Part shown: positions 10,455-20,000 of the stretch, one piece after another
Layout: every line of letters begins with the position of its first letter
Position numbering within the stretch: position 1 is the stretch's first letter
NCBI RefSeq assembly: GCF_004010195.1
Contig: NC_057719.1
Span: 31,648,447-31,668,446, forward strand
DNA: 20,000 nucleotides
Origin: Chiloscyllium plagiosum
Taxonomy: Eukaryota
Direction: 5' to 3'
Program-made: the position numbers and the translations under genes
The notes under the pieces: model-generated
The model's database searches: none
The model's input: the letters and a program-made list of their open reading frames with translations, nothing else
What the model was told of the DNA's origin: nothing

Positions 10455-10629
10455 GTAAGTAAAAGGCTATAGGAGAAGAATTGCTGTGGAGATTTTATCA
10501 GAAAATATAAAAATAACAACAGGTAAGAAAAGACTCAGCTATCAGACATTTGTCAGACGTGTAACTATGATATTATCACAATGCCAATGCATCTGACCCA
10601 CCTGGCTGAGACTAAAACCCAAGTCTCTA

Positions 10630-11170
10630 TGTAGCGGAAAAAAGAGTTAGCTTTTCATGCCGAAGACTTAGCATCAGGATTAGAATGTTGGGAATGTAAT
10701 AGGCTTTAAGCAAGTGAAAGGGGTGTGCTTGCAGGACGATGGGTAAAAGGGAGGAAATTCTGTAATAAGGTGGTAGGCAGGAGCGATTAAATGAGAGAAG
10801 TGTCCACAGGGCAAAGGAAGTGGCAATATGACAAATAAAGAAATAAAAGATGACTGTAAGAGGTGTGATTGGCACAATCTTAAACAGATGCTGCTTCACA
10901 GCAAAAAGAGGAACACAAAACCTGAACCAACCAAGATAAACAAACTAGAACAACTGTTGAAATCTAACATTGTTGAAAAAGATATTAAGTCAAGAGGTTG
11001 TGAAGTGCTCAGCTGAAAGGTATTCTTGGAGCGTGCACAGAGCTTCATTGAAATACTAAGGGCAGAAAGATAAGAGTGGGAAGTAACTGCGAAAGTAAAA
11101 TGACATATGTCTGGAATTTGAGGGTCACACCTTTTTTCAGGTGTATATTTTGAGTCTATGCAGTGGGCCA
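10630..11170 (-). mobile_element. Old Penelope-like element 3' relic (end of GIY-YIG ORF and UTR)
   Basis: Purine-rich plus strand. ttgttgaa...tattaagtcaagaggttgtgaagtgc...agagcttcattgaaa...aaaatgaca...gggtca resembles the antisense of the PLE endonuclease C-terminus. Confidence 0.55.
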
Positions 11171-11189
11171 AAAGGGAAGAAGAAAGGCA

Positions 11190-11700
11190 GATGTGTTATG
11201 TGGCAGTATTCTCAAGGATCTACTGTCCCTTCTTCTGGATGATAGGGATTGTGAATTAGAAAGTGCTTCCTGAGATCCCTTCGCAAGTCATCACAGTGCA
11301 TTTCATAGATTAGATTAGATTAGATTAGATTCTCTACAGTGTGGAAACAGGCCCTTCGGCCCAACAGGTCCACACTGAAACTCTGAAGAGTAACCCACCA
11401 AAATCCCTTTTCCCCTCTGACTAATGCAATTTAAGCATGGCCAATTCACCTAACCTGCACATCTTTGGACTGTGGGAGGAAACCGGAGCACCCGGAGGAA
11501 ACCCATGCAGACACAGGGAGAATGTGCAAACTCCACACAGACAGTCATCCGATTTTGGAATTGAACCCAGGACCCTGGTGCTGTGAGGCAACAGTGTTAA
11601 CCACTGAATCACCGTGCCACCCCCATTAGTGTAGCCAATTGGAAAGACACCTATTAAATTTCTGATGTACACTGCTACTGTGCACTGGTGTTAGTGAATG
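11190..11700 (-). mobile_element. RTE-type LINE relic interrupted by an HE1 SINE
   Basis: ctactgtcccttcttctggatgatagg...cagtgcatttcatagat resumes as tgtacactgctactgtgcactggtg...gtgaatg after the SINE. Confidence 0.45.
11306..11624 (-). mobile_element. HE1-type V-SINE, full length
   Basis: (TTAGA)n tail, ggaaacaggcccttcggcccaac, reverse V-core, and reverse B and A boxes (ggaattgaacc, ccactgaatcacc). Confidence 0.95.
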
Positions 11701-11702
11701 GG

Positions 11703-11832
11703 TCCATGAATAAGAAGGATTTAGAAGGATATGGGCCAAACACTGACAAATGAGGCTAGTTCAGTTTAGGATGTCTGTTTGGTATGGACAAATTGGACCA
11801 AAGGATCTGTTTCTGTGCCAGTATAACTTTAC
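11703..11832 (+). mobile_element. CR1 3'-end fragment
   Basis: atgaataagaaggatttagaaggatatgggccaaac...ggacaaattggaccaaaggatctgtttctgtg, similar to 4640-4750. Confidence 0.75.
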
Positions 11833-11899
11833 ATAAAGATACTTGTCATGCTCATGACTTTGAGACGGTGGGTAGACTTTGAGGAGTGGAGGTCAGTTA

Positions 11900-12033
11900 C
11901 TTAGATTAGATTAGATTAATTAGATTGTGGGAGGAAACCAGAGCACCCTGAGGGAACCCACGCAGACATGGGGAGAATGTGCAAACTCCACACACACAGT
12001 TGTCTTAGGCAGGAATTGAACCCGGGTCTCTGG
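11900..12033 (-). mobile_element. Internally deleted, 5'-truncated HE1 SINE
   Basis: The (TTAGA)n tail is joined directly to tgtgggaggaaacc of the V-core. The copy ends just past the B box. Confidence 0.88.
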
Positions 12034-12264
12034 GAAGAAAGAACAAACCTCATTCTCCGAAGTTGCGCACAATTACACTTCCAAGTTCCCAATTGCCTAT
12101 CCTTTTTCTCTCCATTTGTTACAATTCCTTCTTCTGTTGCTGTTGATTTGCTGATCTGCTATGGACAGAAATGTTCACTGCTTCTCATCCTGCTCATACC
12201 AATTGGTAAAGGATCCCATATTTATTACTTCAAGTTAAGAGGTATCAAGTTAAATGTATTTGTC

Positions 12265-12485
12265 ATGTTTGGCAGTGTCAATAGAGAGAATGCAGCATTT
12301 TGGGTCCAGTGACCCTCCTGCAGACCCCTTTATTCATTCTGAAGATGAGTCGCTGGACCCAAAACGTTCACTCTGATTTCTCTCCACAGATGCTGCCAGA
12401 CCTGCTGATTTTTTTTTCCCCCCAGCAATGCCTGACTTTGTTTTTTTGATTTCTAGCGTGCACAGTTCTTTGGGGTTTTTTTGTT
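12265..12485 (+). mobile_element. PLE pseudo-LTR-derived palindromic element with a decayed hammerhead
   Basis: Inverted arms 12298-12324/12338-12364 (22/27 by hand), with outer ggcag/ctgcc. Motif ctgaaga-t-gagtc-gctg-gaccc-aaaacgtt followed by ctctccacagatgctgccagacctgctg. Confidence 0.75.
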
Positions 12486-12909
12486 TTGCCATGATCAAAG
12501 TCGCAAATTATATTCTGTAATTATGGTGCACTATGTATTCTTATCTTTGCTGTAGCCTTTGATCTAATCAACGACAATATATTTTGTCAAATTGCTTTCG
12601 GGGAGCAGTCTTTGCTTCCATTCTTGCTTATCAGAACAATGCTAGAATATCTCTTAAAATGGTATTTGATAACAGGATGTGTATAATTTGTGTGTCTTGC
12701 GATCTCTTTAATTTTTGTATATGTGCCTTAACAATGAAATAATATTTATTATATGGTATAATTCAACTGTGTGATAAAATTTCATCACTGATTAGCCATC
12801 AGCGATGTCACAGGAGATTTGTTACTTTGATGTAATTTGGTAAACTAACCTTGTTATTTTGAAAATGTAAGTAGCACATGAATCAAAAACAAAATGTTTG
12901 TGTTTACAG

Positions 12910-13131
12910 AATGTGACAGTTTTGAGCCACAGTACATCTCTCACCTTCAATTAGAGAAGTTGAGACTTTTGAATAGCATCAATGGTCCACTGTCTGAGAC
13001 AGCACTCGAGCAGTTGTCGAATGTCTGTAGTTTTTCTGTGAGCCTCAGCAAGCCACCTATGTTAATGAACAGCAATTTTGTGCACAGTATGTTGGAGAAC
13101 TTGCCAAACATCACTGAATTGGAACTTAGCT
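12910..13131 (+). CDS. F-box/LRR protein, second coding exon
   Basis: Acceptor tgtgtttacag|. Phase 1 to 1 join (G+AA=Glu). Encodes ECDSFEPQ...LEKLRLLN...LENLPNITELELS. Donor T|GTGAGT. Confidence 0.9.
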
Positions 13132-13999
13132 GTGAGTAGATTTTAGAAATAAACTTTATTCGTGTATAGATGTTCCTTTTAAAGCAAGGAATCTGGGAAA
13201 ATTTAAATGTGTCACCGATTTATTAAGCTTTTTTGATATTGATATAACCTTTTGATCCATTTCCTGATGTATGTTAGAATATATTTATAACAAGGCATGT
13301 GTCTGGAATGTATTCTGTTTTTATCATGTTCACTCAATGTTTGCCACATTTCCAAATTCACTTGCAGAATTGTTATTATTTTCTTTTTTTAATCATAATT
13401 CCATTTATAGAGCCTGTGGAATTTCTGAACTGCTGAATATTTTAAGTGTTTTGAAGAAATTCCAGTACATTTGTTAGTGTTTCAGTCAAACTTTTTTTTT
13501 TAATATAAAACAGTATTTCCTCCTATAGATTGCCAGATGAGATGCCCTGGAAGAAAGTAATTAGTGCACCATTTGATTGGCATTATTGCAATTATGCCTG
13601 CTGCACCTACCATAATTTGCATTTATATAACTCCTTTTAATGAAGGAGCAAGATACTTCTAATCATGAGGAAGAAATGGATGATGAGACATAGGATGTGA
13701 AGACAGTTTTGAGGAGAGAATTCTGAACCATGGAATGTAAACATCCGAAAGAACATCTGATAGTGGTATGAAAGGGCAAAGGAGGAGCTGCGATTGGTGT
13801 TGATGGAGCAAGTACACAAGCTGGCATTAGAGACAGCACATTTGGAGGTGAATTGTAGGCAGCAAGCAGTTAGTGAGTGAAAGGGCAGTAAAAATGACAT
13901 CATAATAATCAAAAGAAAACATAAAATCTCGTTAGAAAGTTTTAGTGACAAAATACTATTGCCAACAAAAGATGTTGGTGAGATCACATAGGGCAGTAA

Positions 14000-14265
14000 C
14001 CTGTGCAGAAACAAGTTTTTAGTATTAGGGGTCAGCATTAAGGCCTGAGTTGAGAGATTTCTTCATGTGGAAAATTGTAAATATGTGATTGCTCAGTTAT
14101 TGACTATGTTCAAGGCTGAAATTGATAGGACTTTAGATTCTTCAAGGAACCAATATATAACTTCACTCCCCCTTTGATCTTAAGGACAAAAATAAACTGT
14201 GATCTTATAACGATAGAGCCAGCATGAGAGGCCATCTAGCCTAATCCTGCAACTATGCTTAAATT
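14000..14265 (+). mobile_element. Old CR1 3' relic
   Basis: gagatttcttca...gctcagttattgactatgttcaaggctgaaattgatag...agcctaatcctgc. Confidence 0.6.
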
Positions 14266-14984
14266 CTTCTCAGAAGAATGTAATGGAGATGAACAATGCA
14301 GCTACATCCTCTTTTACATTCTTCCTTTACTTTCCATAGAGCTATGTAATCTAACAAATAATAAGGAAACTTATCTGCACCCTGCTATCCAGTCTGTGGG
14401 TATTTATGTGAAAGCAACCTAGGTCATGCATCTACTTGAATTCAGTTTTGTTTCTCTCTTTGTCTTTGTGTCTTTGCATGAAGACCGTACTTTATTCATG
14501 TCAAAAATGTTCCGCTCATGGTAAAATTGGGAACCTGCACTAGGGAATAAAATCTGCAATTGACAGCTTACTTTCTATCATGAATTTAGAGCGGAAATGT
14601 GTTGCACCATGCTGGAGAAACATTTGGCTGAGCTTATTCGAATTTCACCACCAGTTGGATGATAACAATACAGCAAAATAACAAAACCCTAATCAATCTG
14701 GTATTGTAATTAAGGAAGTAGTAGTCAATAACCTGAAATTGGAAGAGAAAGCAATTTCAAAAGTAATTTACAAAAAATGCAATATCCAGAATTTGAAATA
14801 CAATGAATCCACATTTAAGTATGTGGTTGTTTGAAAATCATAATGTGAAGTGAATCCAGATTATTTCAGGAATCATTGCTTAAACTGGAGTTGGGTTCCT
14901 TCAGACATTTTCTTGCCTGGAAAAGCCAATTGCATACTGAGAAAGCAGCTGTTACCTGCACTGTTATCTGCCACTAGTTGAAGC

Positions 14985-15374
14985 CTATGACTTCAGGGTG
15001 AGTTCAAAACAGAAGCCCGAAGAAGCTGAAACTAGGAGACGCCCCCTGTGGTGGCCACAGATCTGAAGGACTTTAAAGATATTTTTAAAAATGGTGTGGG
15101 AGTGGGAGCCGGAGTGGAAGTGTCTTAGAGTGAAAGCAGAGTCAAGACTGAGAACTAGGCATGAAACAAGTCCAGCAATGAGGCCAAGACAAGTAGTGAG
15201 CAAATTTGACCTCATGGCAATGAAGATAGGAACTGTAAAAGTAAGAATGGAGGAAGGATTGGGGAAAGAACAATGTTGGGATTCAAGGTTAAGATGGAAG
15301 TGCAGTGGAAATGGACTAGGCAGATCATAGAGTGGGAGGTCTGTGGCAAATAAATTTAAAGTGAAACTCATCAT
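14985..15374 (-). mobile_element. Possible very old L2 ORF2 relic
   Basis: SCLVLSLDSAFTLRHF weakly resembles the L2 motif RNLGV.LDS.LSF..HI. Purine-rich plus strand. Confidence 0.35.
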
Positions 15375-15609
15375 TGAATGGATATACTAAAGCCTAAATC
15401 ACTTGAAGAAATTACTATTACATTACAAGGTTATAATTTCCCTCTAATCTAGTATTCATTTAAAGTTGGTAATTGGTTTAGAGAATATTGTATTTTTCTT
15501 TCAGATGTTTGGAACTATGTTTATGTATTCAGTGTTGATTGAACATTCTGTAAATTTGAAATAACAACGGAAAATGCTGCATGGATCATGTGAAAGGGAA
15601 AATAAAAAT

Positions 15610-15890
15610 ATTTTGCATTTATACAAAACTTTAATACATCTTAAGTTGTTCCAAAGTTTAATATATTCCATATTACTTTTTAATGCATGCACACTTTTTT
15701 GTAGACTTTGATAGACAACTTGCTAAACAATTTGGTTTTGAATATGTTGGTTGAGAGAACATTAAAATAACTCAAAATCTTGAAATCATGACATGTGATA
15801 CTTTGGATTCACCTGAGTGAATTAACAGAATTTTGGCCTAAAATTCAAAACACACTTACTGCACAGAAGTGTCAGCTTAAATTTATCTCA
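15610..15890 (-). mobile_element. Deu-SINE relic
   Basis: ttgcatttata...ccaaag (reverse L2-type tail), then gttggttgagag...catgtgatactttggattcacctgag...tactgcacagaagtgtcagc. Confidence 0.5.
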
Positions 15891-15899
15891 GAAGCCAAG

Positions 15900-16260
15900 C
15901 AGATACAAAGATGATTTGCTACAGGTATTCAAAATACTAATCATTTTAAAAAGTATTTCAGAAAAAACGTAAAAGGGTTAGTAACTAGAGATTAAGATTT
16001 AAAATGATTGGCAAAAGAATATGAGATAATGTGAGGAAACATTTTTTTAACAGTGAATTTTAATCTGGAATGTGCTGCCTGAAAGGCTAGTGGAAGCAGA
16101 TTTAATAGTAATATACAAGGGTACTTGATAAATGTTTAAAGAGAAAAATACTACGGTTCTTTGGGGAAAGGACATGCGAATGGAATTAATCAAAAAGTTT
16201 ACCAGGGACTGGTAAAGTCACAATGAGCCACATAATTGTCTTCTGAGCTGTAACATTTAA
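15900..16260 (+). mobile_element. Old CR1 3' relic
   Basis: gatttg...aggtattcaaaat...tgattggcaaaagaa...tgaggaaacattttttt...atctggaatgtgctgcctgaaagg...gtggaagcagatt. Confidence 0.75.
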
Positions 16261-16337
16261 ATAAATGTTCTGGATTTGTTGCATAACTCCAGTGTCTTCT
16301 GACTAGGAAGTAGGAGTGCTTTTAGCAGACAGTGTAG

Positions 16338-16490
16338 GGGAGACGATGGTGTTGTGGTAATGTCACTGGGCTATTAATCCAAAGACCCAGATCCCAGATT
16401 AATATTCTGGATACATGATTTAAAATCCCACCTCAGGTTGATAGAATTTAAATTCAATTAATCAAATATCTGAAATTGAAAGCAAGTCTT
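16338..16490 (+). mobile_element. tRNA-derived SINE 5' part (a family other than HE1)
   Basis: A-box-like gatggtgttgtggtaatgtcactggg, then ctattaatcca, and a decayed B box tgatttaaaatccc. Confidence 0.6.
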
Positions 16491-16678
16491 GCTGTGTGCC
16501 CAATATTTTCTTACATATTCAGTCTGAAGAGTTATGGAATTGATTGCGTCAACATTGTGTGCCCTTTTTCTTTGGATGCTGACTTTACAAGGTATATATA
16601 AGAGGAGCAAAGTTCTGAAGGAAGATTTTTTTTTCAAATGGATTCAGCCATTTATCATTTAAATTATGTACTTATCAG

Positions 16679-16898
16679 GGACTGGACCTCTTACTGAGTA
16701 TGTGAAGATTTTGCCATCAGATCTTGCAAGCTTGGATTTAATAAATACAAGACTCTCCAGTGTGGATGTGCAGCTTATATCAGATTCATCTGGGAAAACT
16801 CTTAAACATCTCGGCTTGGTGATGTGCAGTGGTATGACTGAAATAATGCTAAAGCGGTTGCCACAACAGTTTCCTTTTCTGCAGAGCCTTGACCTTAG
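16679..16898 (+). CDS. F-box/LRR protein, third coding exon; gene continues downstream
   Basis: Acceptor cttatcag|. T+GG=Trp keeps the frame. Encodes WTGPL...LASLDLINT...TLKHLGLVMCSGMTE...FPFLQSLDL. Donor AG|GTAAAT in phase 2. Confidence 0.88.
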
Positions 16899-18547
16899 GT
16901 AAATTATATTTGTATAAATGTATATGTATAAATGGAAGATTGTGGATGATTCACAGCCTTTTCTTTTGGCTTGGCACACTGAGATGCCCAACTTTGCTGA
17001 ATTTAATTCTGTTAGGACCACGGTCAGAATCTGGGATAATCTTAATCTAATGGCTGAATACTGTGCTAACATGATGTTTTTATCTGCTGAACCATTAGGA
17101 ATATCCTGCCACGGCAGCTGTTTTTTAAATCAGAATGATTTTGTCAAATTGCAGATGTATCTTTTATTGCATTAGACAAGGCAAAGAGAAATCTCTAGGT
17201 CTCGACATAAGTTTCTGTTAATTGAGGTAATTGGTCTTGGCAGTATCAAGATTTCTAGACATTGCTGGAGTTTTCTCTTTGCATTACATTAGTTAAAGAG
17301 AGTTACAACTACTATTCAGGCAGTTTTAAGCATTAGCTGATATACTATCAATTATATTTAACTTTTGATCACAGGACAAACAAAGAAATTCAAAACAGTG
17401 ATAATTTAAAAATTTTGTTTTCAGTGAAGATTGCCAAAGTAATGCAAGCTCTTGTGTGACACAAATAACATCATCTTCGTTTTCATTCTCTAAATCTTCA
17501 TCTTTCAGATGTTTCATGAAGTATTGTTTAGACAAGCAATAACACCTGCTAGAGAAATTTCAAACCTACAAAAATGGCACAATGGAGCAAGAGTTTGTGT
17601 GTATGCCAAATAGGCACCAAATTAGCAGTTTTCCCATTTTTGCCTGTCTTGCAATTCAGATAAGAAGATCAAACTGTTGCAGGTTTGATTAACATTTTCA
17701 CAATGAGCTGCAAGCATTAAACACCTATTCCTCTGTAGTTCCTTGATTTCGTGAAGAAAAAAAAGTGAATCTTGATATTGCTATTAAGTAGAGCCTGTTG
17801 AGGGATGTGGTTTGGTATCCTTGGATGTATTTCTGGAAGAACCGGACCCATAAATTGTCCTAAATTAGAAATGGTCATGACCTTTTAAAGAGAGACTTCC
17901 AATACTTCCTTAATAACTGCTGGTTAGCCTCTGTGCCTGGACAAAGTTGGAACAGCAGTTTTATTCATTTGTCTTTGAAAGTTGCAGTCAGGATCCTGAA
18001 ACTGTCATAGAATCTCAATAATGCATTTTGGACCATCCTCTATCGCATTTTGTTAGGGTTGCTTGATGCCTACATAGAGGCCTATCTGAATGTTGATTTA
18101 GTCTTGACAGTTGGGTGCATAATATCTACACCAGGGTTCAACTGTCAGTTGCCACGTTAAGTATCTCAAAATAAGTCTTTTGCTTGAAAATTCAAATTAT
18201 CGATAAGCATAATTTCATGCTAGAGATTAACTCAATACTGGTTGTAATTCTGAATGAGTATAAACCAAATTATCAATAATCCTGTAATTCTTTCAAAAAA
18301 AAAATCCTTGAATTGTGTAGGTTTAATTTTGAACTATTGATCAAAACATCCTATGTGTTAATCTCAATAGTCAACAAATCAAATGTACTGAGATTTTGTT
18401 TTGAACATCAGAGTATTTAAATATGTGTAGTTATGCTTTGTTTTATATTGCCTTAGTAAATGCCTATGAGAGGACACTGTCTTGCATCTTTGAGTCTTAC
18501 GTTGACAGAAGAAATCGGTTTTGATTGATTGCAGGATTGGAGAGTTT

Positions 18548-18702
18548 TGAGAAGATTTGTAGCTCAGGTTGAGGTTCTCGATGTAGGTTTGCTCACTGAG
18601 CTGCAAGGTACGGTTTCAGATGTTTCGTCACCCTACTAAGTTACATCATCAGTGAGCCTCCGGAGACTCACTGATGTTATCTAGTATGGTAACGAAACAT
18701 CT
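18548..18702 (-). mobile_element. 155-bp PLE (Poseidon-like) 3' terminus with hammerhead fold-back and 14-bp TSD
   Basis: TSD ggattggagagttt at 18534-18547 and 18703-18716. Imperfect palindrome 18617-18703 centred at ctcc|ggag (18661/18662). The minus strand reads CTGATGA...GAAAC. Confidence 0.88.
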
Positions 18703-18881
18703 GGATTGGAGAGTTTCTTTTGCAAAATTTTTATTGGTGCTTAATCTTCTGGGCAATGCAAGAAATCCAAAAACACCTGGATATAGGATTTGCAGAGTAT
18801 ACATCCACGATGCTCTAGGCATCATGGGTATGGCCAAGCTGGATGGGCCAGCTGGCTTATCCAGTATGTCATTAGGAATGA

Positions 18882-19433
18882 GGTCATAAGACACAGCAGA
18901 AATTAGGCTATTCAACCCATCGAGTATGCACCACCATTCAATCGTGCCTAATAAGTTTCTCAACCCCACTCTCCCACTGTCTCCCTATATCCCTTGATTT
19001 CCTTGATCCTCAAGAATCTGTTTATGTTAGTCTTAAATATACTCAATGACCTGGTCTCCACAGCCTTCTGTGACAAGGAATTCCATAGATTCACCACTCT
19101 GGCTGAAGAAGTTTCTCCTTACCTCTGATCTTAAAAAGTCTTCCCTTTACTCTAAGGCTATGCCCCTCAGGTCCTAGTCTCTCCTACGAATAGAAATAGC
19201 TTCCCAATATCTACTCTGTCCAGACTATTCAGTATTCATTATGTTTCAGTTAGACCCCCCTCATACTTCTAAACTCCATCAAGTATAAACCCAGAGTCTC
19301 AGCTTTTCATTCCTAGGATCATTCTTGTGAACCTTCTCCGAACACACTCCAAGACCAGTAACATCCTTCCTGAGGTATGGGACCCAAAACTGCACACAAT
19401 ACTCCAAATGTTGTCTGACCAGGGCATTAGAGA
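18882..19433 (-). mobile_element. CR1 3' portion, interrupted by a PLE at 19434
   Basis: Similar to 1210-1765, e.g. gacccaaaactgcacacaatactcca (antisense of LEYCVQFW) and gaagaagtttctcct. Confidence 0.88.
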
Positions 19434-20000
19434 TGTTGTGGTTCTGTTCGCTGAACTGGAAGTTTTTGTTGCAAACGTTTCGTCCCCTGGCTAGGCGACA
19501 TCATCAGTGCTTGGGAGCCTCCTGCGAAGCGCTTCTTTGATGTTTCCTCCGGTGTTTATAGTGGTCTGTCCCTGCCGCTTCCGGTTGTCAGTTTCAGCTG
19601 TCCGCTGTAGTGGTTGGTATATTGGGTCCAGGTCGATGTGTTTGTTGATGGAGTTTGTGGATGAATGCCATGCCTCTCGGAATTCCCTGGCTGTTCTCTG
19701 TCTGGCTTGCCCTATGATAGTAGTGTTGTCCCAGTCGAATTCATGTTGCTTGTTGTCTGCGTGTGTGGCTACTAAGGATAGCTGGTCGTGTCGTTTCGTG
19801 GCTAGTTGATGTTCATGTATGCGGATTGTTAGCTGTCTTCCTGTTTGTCCTATATAGCAACATGAATTCGACTGGGACAACACTACTATCATAGGGCAAG
19901 CCAGACAGAGAACAGCCAGGGAATTCCTAGAGGCATGGCATTCATCCACAAACTCCATCAACAAACAATTCCTAGAGGCATGGCATTCATCCACAAACAC
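19434..20000 (-). mobile_element. Young Penelope-like element (GIY-YIG C-terminal half and pseudo-LTR), 5'-truncated with inverted and tandem duplications
   Basis: Open frame YIGQTGRQLTIRIHEHQLA...HEFDWDNTTII...REFREAWHS...INKHIDLDPIYQPL (19491-19857). Positions 19856-19967 are the reverse complement of 19639-19750. Confidence 0.93.
19471..19510 (-). ncRNA. Minimal type I hammerhead ribozyme motif in the PLE pseudo-LTR
   Basis: Minus strand reads GCA CUGAUGA U GUCGCCU-AGCC-AGGGGAC GAAAC GUU UGC. This gives an intact core, stem II (6/7 paired), a 3-bp stem I (GCA/UGC) and palindromic AAACGUUU in place of stem III. Confidence 0.75.

Noticed and set aside
9776..10462. Naming the gene FBXL12 or another numbered FBXL, or treating it as a single-exon 228-aa CDS
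   Set aside because: Orthology is not recognisable by eye. The ORF's stop lies in the intron after a canonical donor.
11306..11926. (TTAGA)n arrays as telomeric or CRISPR-like repeats
   Set aside because: They are HE1 SINE tails. They have no spacers and are not TTAGGG.
17326..17535. Acidic 69-aa minus-strand ORF with a faint hAT-like ELALL...LKTKF motif
   Set aside because: Non-ATG start, no downstream hAT dimerisation motif and no clear splice context.
17425..17542. Possible terminal exon of the F-box gene (acceptor tttgttttcag, in phase)
   Set aside because: It translates to a low-complexity Ser-rich peptide with no LRR continuation. The true next exon is more likely beyond the window.
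19491..20000. 169-aa ORF as a novel GIY-YIG protein with a repeated N-terminus
   Set aside because: The first 48 or so residues are the antisense reading of the inverted and tandem duplications, and the GIY half of the motif is missing.

Overview
Eukaryotic, vertebrate, repeat-rich genomic DNA, very likely from a shark. The HE1-type V-SINEs with (AATCT)n tails and the CR1/HER1-type LINEs and Penelope-like elements (PLEs) are typical of elasmobranchs. Positions 1-5460 are a pile of nested retroelement relics: a minus-strand CR1 inside a plus-strand CR1, then a PLE interrupted by a CR1 3' end. At about 5860-6220 there is a CpG-rich promoter that looks bidirectional (two opposed CCAAT boxes, a CRE-like site, NRF1 motifs). 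It plausibly drives a plus-strand F-box/leucine-rich-repeat gene with three phase-compatible coding exons (9776-10454, 12910-13131, 16679-16898; the 3' end is not found in the window), and possibly a divergent minus-strand gene. The introns hold SINEs, LINE relics and four PLE-derived fold-back insertions. Two of these have clean 12-14 bp target-site duplications (TSDs), and one carries an apparently intact minimal hammerhead ribozyme. I see no clear new biological system. The best leads are the recurrent PLE fold-back/hammerhead mini-elements, a spliced 69-aa upstream ORF candidate, and inverted SINEs bracketing the F-box exon. Repeat family names come from recalled motifs, not from a database search.
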